Assembly (NCBI GenBank): GCA_934230325.1
Contig: CAKQEP010000001.1
Coordinates: forward strand, 84,739 to 148,738
Direction of reading: 5' to 3'
Length of the DNA stretch: 64,000 bases
Origin: an uncultured Clostridia bacterium
GTDB lineage: Bacteria; Bacillota; Clostridia; Christensenellales; CAG-314
Shown here: positions 9,294 through 18,094 of the stretch, in pieces
How positions within the stretch are numbered: the first letter of the stretch is position 1
How the letters are laid out: each line of letters starts with the position of its first letter
The notes under the pieces: generated by a model
The model's database searches: none
What the model was told of the DNA's origin: nothing
What the model saw: only the letters and a program-made list of their open reading frames with translations
Made by a program: the position numbers and the translations under genes

Positions 9294-10240
9294 AAAAATA
9301 TTTTTGCGGCGTTGACAATCTTATCGATTATATCTTCCAAAAATCCGCACATTGTGCAACCGGAGGCTTGTTTATGCCCGCCGCCGCCAAACATTCCGCA
9401 AATCTCCGCAACGTCAACGCCTTTGCTACGCATACTGACTTTGTATGCGTTTTGTTTGCTTTGGCTGATGCTAACGCCTATCAAAGCAGTGTCTACGCTA
9501 ATAGCGTAATCGGTAAAACCTTCCGTATCCTCCATCGTCGCGCCACACTCTTTAAAATCGTCAAGAGTAACGTACATTATAAAAAGTTTGTCGTCAAGAT
9601 AGGATTTGAGATGTTGTAAAGCCCGCGACAAGAGTTTTAGACGGGAAAATTTGTTTTCCGCATAGAGTTTTCTATTGATTTCCGCAACGTCGATTTTTTG
9701 TTCTACAAGATTTGCCGCAGTCAAAAAAGTGTGCTTGTCGGTGTTTGAGTGCCGAAAGTTGCCCGTATCCGTCGAAAGTCCGATAAATAAAGCCGCCGCA
9801 ATATCGTCGTCAATAACGATATGCAAGGCTTGAAACAGTTCTGATATGATTTCGCAAGTACTGCTATACGCAATTAGGCAAGTATACGTACCAAAATCTT
9901 CATGCGCCGCATGATGGTCAATTGTTAACGTATTTTTTTGTTTGACGAATATATCGCCATACTTGCCCAGCCTGCCTATATCGCCGCAATCGATTGCAAC
10001 GTACAAATCGTATTTTTGCGGTATCGTATCAAAAAAGTAGCCGCTAAAACCAAACTGCTCAAATTTTTGCGGCAACGGGTCTTCGCAAAAGATTTTTACG
10101 TCTTTGCCGATTTTTGACAATGCGAGTTTTAAAGCAAGCGCAGCGCCCAACGTATCGCCGTCGGGTCTGATATGACAAAACAGCGCGATGCTGTTTTGAC
10201 TCGATATCAATTGCGCGCATTTGCTTAAATTGACTCTCAT
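9290..10240 (-). CDS. nrnA: DHH/DHHA1 phosphoesterase (NrnA-type oligoribonuclease/pAp phosphatase)
   Basis: 316 aa with DHH motifs (HIRPDGD, DCGD, TIDHH) and the DHHA1 GGGH motif. Confidence 0.8.
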   Translation of the reverse strand: MRVNLSKCAQLISSQNSIALFCHIRPDGDTLGAALALKLALSKIGKDVKIFCEDPLPQKFEQFGFSGYFFDTIPQKYDLYVAIDCGDIGRLGKYGDIFVKQKNTLTIDHHAAHEDFGTYTCLIAYSSTCEIISELFQALHIVIDDDIAAALFIGLSTDTGNFRHSNTDKHTFLTAANLVEQKIDVAEINRKLYAENKFSRLKLLSRALQHLKSYLDDKLFIMYVTLDDFKECGATMEDTEGFTDYAISVDTALIGVSISQSKQNAYKVSMRSKGVDVAEICGMFGGGGHKQASGCTMCGFLEDIIDKIVNAAKIFL

Positions 10241-10242
10241 TT

Positions 10243-10614
10243 TTAGTTCCTTTCCTGTTTGGCTGTTTGTTCCGCTATTTTTTCCAACAAATCGTCTATG
10301 CGTTGTCCGCTGTCCGCTTGTTCGTCCCTGATAAACGTAAGTTGCGGTACAGAGCGAATCCGCATTGATTTAAAAAGATTGCTCCGCACAAAGTTTGTTG
10401 CGGATTGTATCGCCTGAAACGTTGCGTCCGCTTTGTCTTTATCCGCAGAAAAAACGCTGACGTATACTTTTGCAACCGTCAATTCCTTATCCGTATCGAC
10501 CTTTGTGACGGTAAACATTTCCGTCAAATGCGGATTTTTTACTTTGCCGATAAGAATATCGTAAATATTTTTTTGCAATTCGGAATTGATTTTGTTAGTT
10601 CTGTTGTTAGGCAT
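10243..10614 (-). CDS. rbfA: Ribosome-binding factor A
   Basis: 123 aa (RTNKINSELQKNIYDIL...VPQLTFIRD), typical of RbfA and located directly downstream of infB. Confidence 0.9.
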   Translation of the reverse strand: MPNNRTNKINSELQKNIYDILIGKVKNPHLTEMFTVTKVDTDKELTVAKVYVSVFSADKDKADATFQAIQSATNFVRSNLFKSMRIRSVPQLTFIRDEQADSGQRIDDLLEKIAEQTAKQERN

Positions 10615-10627
10615 AAAAACCTCACTT

Positions 10628-13423
10628 TTAAGCGTCGATTTGCGTCATGCAATAAACTTCGTAAACGTCGTCAACTTTAATATCGTTGTAGTTTACCAAA
10701 GAAATACCGCACTCAAAACCCGCAACGACTTCCTTAACATCGTCTTTAAATCTCTTTAACGCGGCAACCTGACAATCGGTGACCAAAACGTTGTCGCGAT
10801 ACAATCTGATTTTGCTGTCGCGCGTGATTTTTCCGCTGTTTACGTAGCAACCCGCAACGGTGCCTACGCCGCTGATTTTAAATACGTTGCGAACAGTGAC
10901 TTGCCCGATAATTTCTTCCTTGTACTTGGGAGCGAGCATACCTTTCATTGCTTTTGTGATGTCGTCCACTGCGTCGTAAATAATTCTATACAGTCTTATA
11001 TCGACGCCTTCTTTTTCTGCCATATTTTTGGCGTTTGTATCAGGTCTTACGTTAAAACCGATAATAATAGCGTTGCTTGCGCGCGCCAACATTACGTCGG
11101 TTTCGTTAATTGCGCCGACGCCGCCATGTATAGAAGAAACCTTGACTTCTGCATTTGATAATTTTTCCAACGAAACGCGCAACGCTTCCAAACTGCCCTG
11201 AACGTCCGTTTTGATAATAATATTGAGAGTTTTGAGTTCTCCTTCGCTGATTTTGTTGAACAAATCGCCCAAAGTCACGTTTGTGTTTGCGCTGATTATG
11301 TTTTCTCTTTCTGCCGCTTTACGCTCTGCAGCAACCGCTTTTATGTTCTTTTCGTCGCCGGCGTGCATTACGTCGCCCGCCATAGGAACGTCGTCAAATC
11401 CGAGTACTTCTACGGGATAAGACGGACCTGCAGATTTAACCTGCCTACCTTTGTCGTCAAACATTGCTCTTATTTTGCCGGTAACAGTACCCGCGATGAC
11501 AAAATCGCCTACGTGCAACGTTCCGTTTTTGATAAGTACGGTAGCGACAGGACCTCTGCCTTTGTCAAGTTTAGCCTCTATTATCGTGCCGCTCGCGCGT
11601 TTGTTACTGTTTGCTTTGAGTTCTTTAATTTCCGTGACGGTAAGAACGGATTCAAGCAGAACGTCAAGATTTTTGCCCGATTTTGCGGATACGGGTACCA
11701 TAATGGTATCGCCGCCCCATTCTTCGGGTACGAGTTCATACTCGGTGAGTTGCTGTTTTACCCTGTCGGGATTTGCTTCGGGCTTGTCCATTTTGTTTAT
11801 AGCCACGATTATCGCTACGTCCGCCGCTTTGGCGTGGTTTATCGCTTCTACCGTTTGCGGCATAACGCCGTCGTCGGCAGCGACAACGATAATCGCAACG
11901 TCGGTAACCTTTGCGCCGCGCGCTCTCATGGCGGTAAACGCGGCGTGACCGGGAGTATCGATAAAGGTAATGGTTTGCCCCTTAACCTTAACCGTATACG
12001 CACCTATATGCTGCGTGATGCCGCCCGCTTCTCCTGCTGTCACGTTTGTATTGCGGATAGCGTCCAACAAAGAAGTTTTGCCGTGATCGACGTGTCCCAT
12101 AACGGTGACGATAGGCGGACGTTTTTCGTTATCTTGCAATTCTTCGTCCATAAGGTCAAAGGAAGCAATCATTTGTTCTTCTGCGGTTTTTTCCGGCTTG
12201 TACTCCAACGTAACATTGAAAGACTCGGTAATAAACGATGCGATTTCAAAATCTACAGAGTCGTTTATCGTCTTTACGATGCCTTCCTTAAACAACGCCT
12301 TGATAAGTTGAGCGACGGGAATACCCGTTTTTTCGCTCAAAACCTTGAGTTGAACTTCTTTTGTGGCTATAACGGCATGATCGATTGCCTTGATAACTTG
12401 CGGTTGCGTTGTAGCGGCTGCCATTTTTTTGCCGCGCGGACGCTTGGCGAGCATTGCCTCGTCGTCTTCGTCAAGTCCGCTATAAGTACGCAACAAAAGT
12501 TGCTTTTTGGTTTCGTTTTTTCTCTTTTCGTCCGATTTTTCCGGCGTTTTGTTTTTGTTGCCGTAATTTTTGGACGGAAGAGTTTTTGGCATATATTCCG
12601 TAGAAAAAGTGGGTTTGACCGGTTTTGTAACTTTGGAATCTACCGATGCGCCCTTGTTGAAAGACGGTCTGCCTTGCATATTGCCCGCGCCAAAGCGTGG
12701 CGAAGCGCCGTTTTCATACGGTTTGCGCCCTTGCTGAGACTGTCTTCCGCCGTCTTGAGTCCTTTGCTTTGAAGTATTCGCTTTGTAATTATTGCCGATA
12801 AGCGTATTGTTTAAATCGGAAATAAAACGCCTAACTTTTACGTTGCCTTTTTCGTCCGTATAAGTTTTTACTTGCTGAGTTGCGGCAGCAGGTTCTTCCG
12901 TCGGTTTTGCGGCGGGCGTTTGCTCCGCTTTAACGGGTTGTTCTTCTGCTTTTTTATCGACCGACTCTTGCTGTTTAGGTTGTTCTGTCGGAGGGGCGGG
13001 TTGTTGTTCTTTGGTCTCGTCCTCTTGCGCTTGCTTTTGCGTTTTTGTAGTTTTTGTCGATTTTGCAGATTTTTTTGCTTGTTTTTGGGGTTCTTCCTTT
13101 TCTTTAGGTTGCTCCGCCTCTACCGCAACGACTTCGGATTTTGTTTCCTCCTGTTTTTGCGGTTGAGAAACCGCTGCGTCTGTTTTTTGTTGGACAAACT
13201 CAGTCGTTTCTTTCGCGTTATGCAACTCTGCTTGCTCCTCCGCTATCTTTTTTTCGTTAAAATATATCTGCTTTTTACTTATCGCAACGCCTATATCTTC
13301 GATTTGGCAACGCGTTGACTTTAAAGTATGACAAAAATCAACAATCTGCGCTAAGGTGTTGTTTTTTAACGATTTTAAGTTTTTAAACTGAGTCGGCTGT
13401 TGAGCAGTCTTGTTTGTAGCCAA
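10628..13423 (-). CDS. infB: Translation initiation factor IF-2
   Basis: G-domain motifs [18 protein letters not shown] and NKMD. The ORF-track start at 13564 overlaps ylxR. I prefer TTG at 13423, which has GGAGG 7 nt upstream (GGAGGAAAAACTTTTG) and gives MATNKTAQQ... The N-terminal third is E/K/Q/P-rich low complexity. Confidence 0.95.
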   Translation of the reverse strand: MATNKTAQQPTQFKNLKSLKNNTLAQIVDFCHTLKSTRCQIEDIGVAISKKQIYFNEKKIAEEQAELHNAKETTEFVQQKTDAAVSQPQKQEETKSEVVAVEAEQPKEKEEPQKQAKKSAKSTKTTKTQKQAQEDETKEQQPAPPTEQPKQQESVDKKAEEQPVKAEQTPAAKPTEEPAAATQQVKTYTDEKGNVKVRRFISDLNNTLIGNNYKANTSKQRTQDGGRQSQQGRKPYENGASPRFGAGNMQGRPSFNKGASVDSKVTKPVKPTFSTEYMPKTLPSKNYGNKNKTPEKSDEKRKNETKKQLLLRTYSGLDEDDEAMLAKRPRGKKMAAATTQPQVIKAIDHAVIATKEVQLKVLSEKTGIPVAQLIKALFKEGIVKTINDSVDFEIASFITESFNVTLEYKPEKTAEEQMIASFDLMDEELQDNEKRPPIVTVMGHVDHGKTSLLDAIRNTNVTAGEAGGITQHIGAYTVKVKGQTITFIDTPGHAAFTAMRARGAKVTDVAIIVVAADDGVMPQTVEAINHAKAADVAIIVAINKMDKPEANPDRVKQQLTEYELVPEEWGGDTIMVPVSAKSGKNLDVLLESVLTVTEIKELKANSNKRASGTIIEAKLDKGRGPVATVLIKNGTLHVGDFVIAGTVTGKIRAMFDDKGRQVKSAGPSYPVEVLGFDDVPMAGDVMHAGDEKNIKAVAAERKAAERENIISANTNVTLGDLFNKISEGELKTLNIIIKTDVQGSLEALRVSLEKLSNAEVKVSSIHGGVGAINETDVMLARASNAIIIGFNVRPDTNAKNMAEKEGVDIRLYRIIYDAVDDITKAMKGMLAPKYKEEIIGQVTVRNVFKISGVGTVAGCYVNSGKITRDSKIRLYRDNVLVTDCQVAALKRFKDDVKEVVAGFECGISLVNYNDIKVDDVYEVYCMTQIDA

Positions 13424-13449
13424 AAGTTTTTCCTCCAAATAGAATCTGT

Positions 13450-13713
13450 TTAATCGATTTTTTGTGTCAATTCGTAATATATTTCCTGCGGAACGACACT
13501 TTTGAGATGTCTGTTTAATATCCCCGTTTTTTGACACTTTTTGATACACTCGGGGCTTTTGCAAATGTACGCGCCTCTGCCCGCCGCTTTACCGTCGGTA
13601 TCGACGGATACAATGCCGTCGGGCGATTTGACCACCCTCAACAATAAATCTTTGTCTTTGTGGGTCCTACAAACGACGCACATTCTTTGAGGGCTATTTT
13701 TAGTCTTGACCAT
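13450..13713 (-). CDS. ylxR: YlxR/RnpM-family RNA-binding protein (DUF448)
   Basis: RMCVVCR...GRGAYIC motif. I prefer ATG 13713 ([15 protein letters not shown]), which overlaps the nusA stop by 14 nt. The ORF-track start at 13800 lies inside nusA. Confidence 0.85.
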   Translation of the reverse strand: MVKTKNSPQRMCVVCRTHKDKDLLLRVVKSPDGIVSVDTDGKAAGRGAYICKSPECIKKCQKTGILNRHLKSVVPQEIYYELTQKID

Positions 13714-14872
13714 TATCGCTTTCTTGTTGAGGTTCTTGCTGAACGGCGTCTTTTTCTCCGTCGACGGCTGCGTCCGCTGCGGGTTGAGAATGTTCTTCAA
13801 CGTCGAGCAATCCGAGTTGTTGAGCGGCAGAATAAGATTTTACGTCGATTTTCCACCCCGTCAATCGCGCGGCAAGACGTGCGTTTTGCCCTTCTTTGCC
13901 GATTGCAAGGCTAAGTTTGTCGTCTGCTACTATGACTTTTGCTTCTTTAGTTTCCTCATACGCTTGTACCATAAGTACTTGCGCAGGACTTAAACTGCGG
14001 GCAATAAAGTCGAGAATATCTTCGCTCCATGCAATAATGTCAATTTTTTCACTGCCGCCGATTTCGCTTACTATTGCGTTGACGCGTACGCCCTTGTTGC
14101 CTACACATGCGCCTACGGCATCTACGTCGGGATCGTTGCTGTACACAGCCATTTTTGTGCGGAAACCCGCCTCTCTAACTATAGACTTTATTTCTACAAT
14201 GCCGGCGCGAATTTCAGGAATTTCACTTTCAAAAAGGCGGCGAACAAATGCAAAACTGTTGCGGGACAAAACGACTTGCGCGCCCGTGCCCGAGTTTCTC
14301 ACGCGTTTGACCAACACTTTGATTTTGTCACCGACGGCAAATTTTTCTCCCGGAGTTTGGTCGCCAACGAGCAATACGCCTTCCATTTGGTTTTTTCCTA
14401 TCTCAACGTAAATTGTGCCGTCGTCTTTCATGCGGGAAACAACGCCTACCAACAGTTCGTTTTCCTTATCGGCATATTGAGAAAAACTCATATTGCGCTC
14501 CGCCTCTCTGAGCGTCTGCATGACAACTTGTTTTGCGGTTTGAGCGGCAATACGCCCAAAATTTTCCGGAACGATTTCTTCGGTGACTCTGTCGCCGAGC
14601 TTGTAAGAAGATTTTAGCGCTTTGGCGTCCTCTAAAGAAATTTCCTTATCGGGATCTTCTACCTGCTCGACAACGGTTTTGTATGCTAAAATTTTTATCG
14701 ACGATTTTTCCGGATTGATAACGATATCGATGTTTCTCGCCTCTCCGAAATTCTTTTTGCAAGCGCAACTCAATGCGTTTTGCAAAGCGGACAAAACTAA
14801 TTCTTTGTCTATACCTTTTTGTTTTTCCAACTCGTCGAGCACGAGGAAAAAATCTTTTCTAATCATGTACAA
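13700..14872 (-). CDS. nusA: Transcription termination/antitermination factor NusA
   Basis: 390 aa with an N-terminal domain, an S1 domain and two KH domains (...LAIGKEGQNARLAARLTGWKIDVKS). Canonical rimP-nusA-ylxR-infB order. Confidence 0.95.
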   Translation of the reverse strand: MYMIRKDFFLVLDELEKQKGIDKELVLSALQNALSCACKKNFGEARNIDIVINPEKSSIKILAYKTVVEQVEDPDKEISLEDAKALKSSYKLGDRVTEEIVPENFGRIAAQTAKQVVMQTLREAERNMSFSQYADKENELLVGVVSRMKDDGTIYVEIGKNQMEGVLLVGDQTPGEKFAVGDKIKVLVKRVRNSGTGAQVVLSRNSFAFVRRLFESEIPEIRAGIVEIKSIVREAGFRTKMAVYSNDPDVDAVGACVGNKGVRVNAIVSEIGGSEKIDIIAWSEDILDFIARSLSPAQVLMVQAYEETKEAKVIVADDKLSLAIGKEGQNARLAARLTGWKIDVKSYSAAQQLGLLDVEEHSQPAADAAVDGEKDAVQQEPQQESDNGQD

Positions 14873-14883
14873 CCTCCGGTATT

Positions 14884-15342
14884 TTAAAACTTGATAACGG
14901 GTTTAATGTTGGCAGGCAACCCGTAGCCTATATCGTATTGTTTTTCACCGCTTTTTAGGACGAACGACTTGTCATCAAACGATTGAAGCACGCCGACAAG
15001 TTTTTTGTTGCCGTCAAAAGGCGCGTAAAAAACTACTTCTATCTCTTTGTCGAGATTGCGAGCAAAATCTCGCGGAGTTTTTAACGAGCGGTCAAGACCT
15101 AAAGAAGATACGTTGAGCGTGTAAGAATTGCCGTCTGTCGGATCGAGATCGTCAAGAGGCGCGTCTATCGCGCGGTGTAACGCTTCGCAATCGTTTATCG
15201 TGACTCCGCCGTCTTTGTCGATAAACAAAGTAAGATTCATACCGTCGTGTTTTTTGACGTACTCTACCTCTACCAACTCCAAACCGAGCGCAGTAGCGTA
15301 CGGCTCTGCAAGTTTAAAAACTTCTTCCTTAATGTTTTTCAA
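14884..15342 (-). CDS. rimP: Ribosome maturation factor RimP
   Basis: RimP-like sequence (EEVFKLAEPYATALGLELVEVEY...). I prefer TTG 15342 (GGGTGG 5-6 nt upstream). The ORF-track ATG at 15390 sits inside a strong hairpin arm. Confidence 0.85.
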   Translation of the reverse strand: MKNIKEEVFKLAEPYATALGLELVEVEYVKKHDGMNLTLFIDKDGGVTINDCEALHRAIDAPLDDLDPTDGNSYTLNVSSLGLDRSLKTPRDFARNLDKEIEVVFYAPFDGNKKLVGVLQSFDDKSFVLKSGEKQYDIGYGLPANIKPVIKF

Positions 15343-15363
15343 ATTAACCACCCATACAGCAAT

Positions 15364-15390
15364 ATGAGAGCGGGTATAACCCACTCTCAT
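15364..15390 (-). promoter_or_regulatory. Leader hairpin upstream of rimP-nusA (candidate attenuator)
   Basis: Minus strand reads AUGAGAGUGGG-uuaua-CCCGCUCUCAU, an 11-bp stem with one G-U pair, followed by AUUGCUGUAU (an interrupted U tract). It lies between a consensus-like promoter and the rimP SD. Confidence 0.4.
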
Positions 15391-15414
15391 ACAGCCTAAC
15401 CATATAGCATAACG

Positions 15415-15443
15415 ATTATATCATATATTTTGTTTTTTTACAA
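15415..15443 (-). promoter_or_regulatory. Sigma-A-type promoter of the rimP-nusA-ylxR-infB operon
   Basis: Minus strand reads TTGTAA (15443-15438), a 17-nt spacer, then TATAAT (15420-15415), with TGa immediately upstream of the -10 element. Confidence 0.5.
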
Positions 15444-15462
15444 CAGATTTTAATAAAAAAGT

Positions 15463-17058
15463 TTAATTTAATAAGTTTTTATCCATCGATAACAGTTTAA
15501 TAAAGAGCAAAGCGGTCGATTCGGCGTCGCAATCCGCTCTGTGCGGTCTGTCCAAAGTCAAATCAAAGTAATTTATCAACGTTTCCAACTTGTAGTTTTT
15601 TGGCGCGTTTTTTTTGTATTGCGGCTCGGAAAACAGCCTTTTTGCCATAGTCAAAGTATCCGCAATTTTGTTGTTAAACAAATATCCGCAAGGCGTAGCG
15701 TAATATTTTAAAAATCCGTAATCAAACTCTACGTTGTGCGCAACGAGCGTAGCGCCGTAACAAAATTTGTAAAAGTCACCGGCAATTTCCTGAAATATAG
15801 GCGCGTCTTTGACCGTTTCGTCCGATATGCCGTTTAAACTTATGGTCGTTTCGGTTATGTGCATTTGCGGATTTACAAGAGTGGTAAAAGTTTCGGTAAT
15901 ATGTCCGTCGCAGAGTTTTACCGCGCCGATTTCCGTGACTCTATCTTTCATTTGCTCCTTGCCCGTAGTTTCAAAATCAAACACAACAAAAGTTTGACCT
16001 TTGAGCGGCTCGGGAACTACAAAATCGTCTCCGAATATGTTTGTTTGCGACGCGTTTTCGTATTTTTGCGGACTCACCCTGACGTAACTCGGCGGAAGCG
16101 GCTTAAAATCGTCCATATAACTCGTCTGTTCCTTTGCGATAATGCATCGTCCGATGCAATTGCACAAAATTTCCAGCCTGTTGTCGTAAGCGCTGATTTG
16201 AGGTTTGCCGCGCAAAATAATTTCGTCGCCTTCGCACAAGGAAGAAAAGTTTCCGAGATTCTTGTCGTCTTTTGCAAAGTATACGACGGGAATGCTGCTT
16301 GTAAAATCCTTTAAACCAAACTTACAAACGGTCATCGTTCCGTTTTTGGCGGAGCGTTTTGATATATTAAATATTTTCCCGCATACCGTTACGTATTCCT
16401 CGTTTGGATTTACGTCGATAATATATTTTGGTAAATTATCAGAAAGTCTGCCGATAAGCGGACGCTTGTCCTCGATAATAACTTTGCGTTGAGGTTGCGA
16501 CATATACGCTTCTAAAGCAAGATTGCGGTTTTGCTCCAACTCCTCAGGTTTTTGCTTGACGTCGTTTGTCGTTTCTCTTTCGTTTACAAAATAATCTATT
16601 TTGCAAGAAGTAAAGTCGTCAAAATGGTTTTTAATTTTTTCAAGTACGCCGCCGAGCAAAATTTCTTTTAGCGGTTTTTCCGCATCAAAAACAACCGATA
16701 ACCTATCGCCGTTTTGTTTTACCGTCAATTGAGAATAATCGTTTGACAACTCCGTATAGGCGGAAACGCAATTTTCTTTAATAAAGTCCTTTAAAAGCCT
16801 TGTCAAAATATCGGCGTCCATTTTGTCGGGAACAATTTGCAGAACGGTTTTAAAACCGACAATCTCGTTGCTACGTATCGCTTGTTCGAGTTCGGCTTTT
16901 TGCTCGTCCGTCAACTCTCGCGGAAAACTAATTACAAAGGTGATTTTTTTGCGGTATTTTTCTATCTGAACTTCGCGCAATCTCAAATCGCCGTAAAAAT
17001 ATAAATTTTCCGCCGTATTTTTGTCGTTAAAATACTGTTTTATATTATCTAACAACAT
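15463..17058 (-). CDS. PolC-derived protein: PolC-like N-terminal region + OB fold + DEDDh 3'-5' exonuclease, with no polymerase or PHP domains
   Basis: 531 aa. Residues ~220-305 resemble the PolC OB domain. Residues ~355-525 resemble the PolC proofreading insert with intact Exo I (FVVFDFETTG), Exo II (HNVEFD) and Exo III (HRADCD) motifs. It occupies the syntenic polC slot between ispG and rimP and overlaps ispG by 14 nt. Confidence 0.8.
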   Translation of the reverse strand: MLLDNIKQYFNDKNTAENLYFYGDLRLREVQIEKYRKKITFVISFPRELTDEQKAELEQAIRSNEIVGFKTVLQIVPDKMDADILTRLLKDFIKENCVSAYTELSNDYSQLTVKQNGDRLSVVFDAEKPLKEILLGGVLEKIKNHFDDFTSCKIDYFVNERETTNDVKQKPEELEQNRNLALEAYMSQPQRKVIIEDKRPLIGRLSDNLPKYIIDVNPNEEYVTVCGKIFNISKRSAKNGTMTVCKFGLKDFTSSIPVVYFAKDDKNLGNFSSLCEGDEIILRGKPQISAYDNRLEILCNCIGRCIIAKEQTSYMDDFKPLPPSYVRVSPQKYENASQTNIFGDDFVVPEPLKGQTFVVFDFETTGKEQMKDRVTEIGAVKLCDGHITETFTTLVNPQMHITETTISLNGISDETVKDAPIFQEIAGDFYKFCYGATLVAHNVEFDYGFLKYYATPCGYLFNNKIADTLTMAKRLFSEPQYKKNAPKNYKLETLINYFDLTLDRPHRADCDAESTALLFIKLLSMDKNLLN

Positions 17059-18094
17059 TTTTTGCCGCCTCCTTTACCATAGAAACGAATTTTTCTACGA
17101 TGCCGTCGGAAGAAAGTTCTCCCGCTATTTTTCCGTGCTTAAACAAAAGCGCTTTGTCTTTGCCAAACGCTATTCCCATGTCGGCGTCGGCGGCTTCGCC
17201 TGGTCCGTTGACGGCGCAACCCATGACGGCAACGGATAAATCGCATTCAATATCTTTGATTTGACGGTATATGCGGCTTGCTATATCTTCCAAGTTTACC
17301 TGACATCTACCGCAAGCGGGACAAGATACAAATCGCAGTTTATTTTTATATTTTCCGCATGCCGACAATATGTTTTTTGCGGCAAAAACTTCTTCTATCG
17401 GATCAGCGGTAACGGATACCCTTATCGTATCGCCTATCCCTTTGAGCAAAAGACTGCCTATGCCGATGCTGTTTTTAATTACGGCAACCTCCTTTACGCC
17501 CGCTTCCGTCACGCCTATATGCAACGGATAATCGGTAAGACCCGATATGATAGTGTTTGCGTCAACCGTTTCTTTAACGTCGCTTGACTTTAAGGACAGT
17601 ACGAGGTCGGTGAAATCGTTGTCTTCAAAAAATTTTACGTAATCGAGCAGGCTGAAACACAAGGCTTTTGTTTTGTCGCCGTATTTAGCGAGATAATCTT
17701 TGTTGACGCTACCGCCGTTTACGCCTATACGAATGGCAACGCCGCGTTGTTTAGCGCACTTTATCACGTCACGCAACTTATCGGTAGAAACGTTGCCCGG
17801 ATTTATTCTGATTTTGTCCGCGCCGTTTTCTATTGCAAGAATGGCAAATTTATCGTTGAAATGTATGTCCGCAACCAAAGGAATAGCAATACGATTTTTT
17901 ATCGCCTTGATTGCAAGCGCATCGGTCTTGTCAAGCACGGCAACGCGAACGATATCGCAACCGACGCTTTGCAATTTGTTGATTTGTCTGACCGTCGCAT
18001 CGACGTCTGCCGCTCGCGCGGTGGTCATACTTTGAATTGCTATTTTGTTACCGCCGCCTATTGCGGTACTTCCTACAAATACTATTTTAGTCAT
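17045..18094 (-). CDS. ispG: 4-hydroxy-3-methylbut-2-en-1-yl diphosphate synthase (flavodoxin)
   Basis: 349 aa with a TIM-barrel N-terminal domain and the C-terminal 4Fe-4S motif FVSCPACGRC...GCAVNGPGE. Confidence 0.95.
   Translation of the reverse strand: MTKIVFVGSTAIGGGNKIAIQSMTTARAADVDATVRQINKLQSVGCDIVRVAVLDKTDALAIKAIKNRIAIPLVADIHFNDKFAILAIENGADKIRINPGNVSTDKLRDVIKCAKQRGVAIRIGVNGGSVNKDYLAKYGDKTKALCFSLLDYVKFFEDNDFTDLVLSLKSSDVKETVDANTIISGLTDYPLHIGVTEAGVKEVAVIKNSIGIGSLLLKGIGDTIRVSVTADPIEEVFAAKNILSACGKYKNKLRFVSCPACGRCQVNLEDIASRIYRQIKDIECDLSVAVMGCAVNGPGEAADADMGIAFGKDKALLFKHGKIAGELSSDGIVEKFVSMVKEAAKNVVR

Noticed and set aside
11363-12772. 469-aa plus-strand ORF antisense to infB. Similar long antisense ORFs lie at 23382-24470 (opposite tsf/rpsB), 53569-54654 (opposite ackA), 29237-30079 (opposite glyA), 62690-63481 (opposite nth) and 17747-18421 (opposite ispG).
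   Set aside because: For infB and tsf I checked that the antisense ORF shares the exact codon boundaries of the sense gene. An open frame there simply reflects rarity of sense codons TTA, CTA and TCA in well-expressed genes. The products are Arg/Phe/Cys/Val-rich nonsense with no motifs, no SD, and they cross gene boundaries. They are shadow ORFs, not genes.
12872-13318. Apparent repetitive DNA in the infB 5' third, considered as a tandem repeat or CRISPR-like region.
   Set aside because: No exact direct repeats with regular spacers are present. It is compositional low complexity that encodes the E/K/Q/P-rich IF-2 N-terminal region.
13424-13564. N-terminal extension of the infB ORF (ATG 13564), overlapping ylxR by 115 nt.
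   Set aside because: The extension has no IF-2-like sequence and lies inside ylxR. A TTG at 13423 with a GGAGG SD at ideal spacing gives a normal IF-2 N-terminus. Similar over-extended ORF-track starts were trimmed for spoIIIAE, the nfo-like gene, ylxR, rimP, hslU, the rseC-like gene, nifU, rplS, plsX, the DAHP synthase and the DUF1292 gene.
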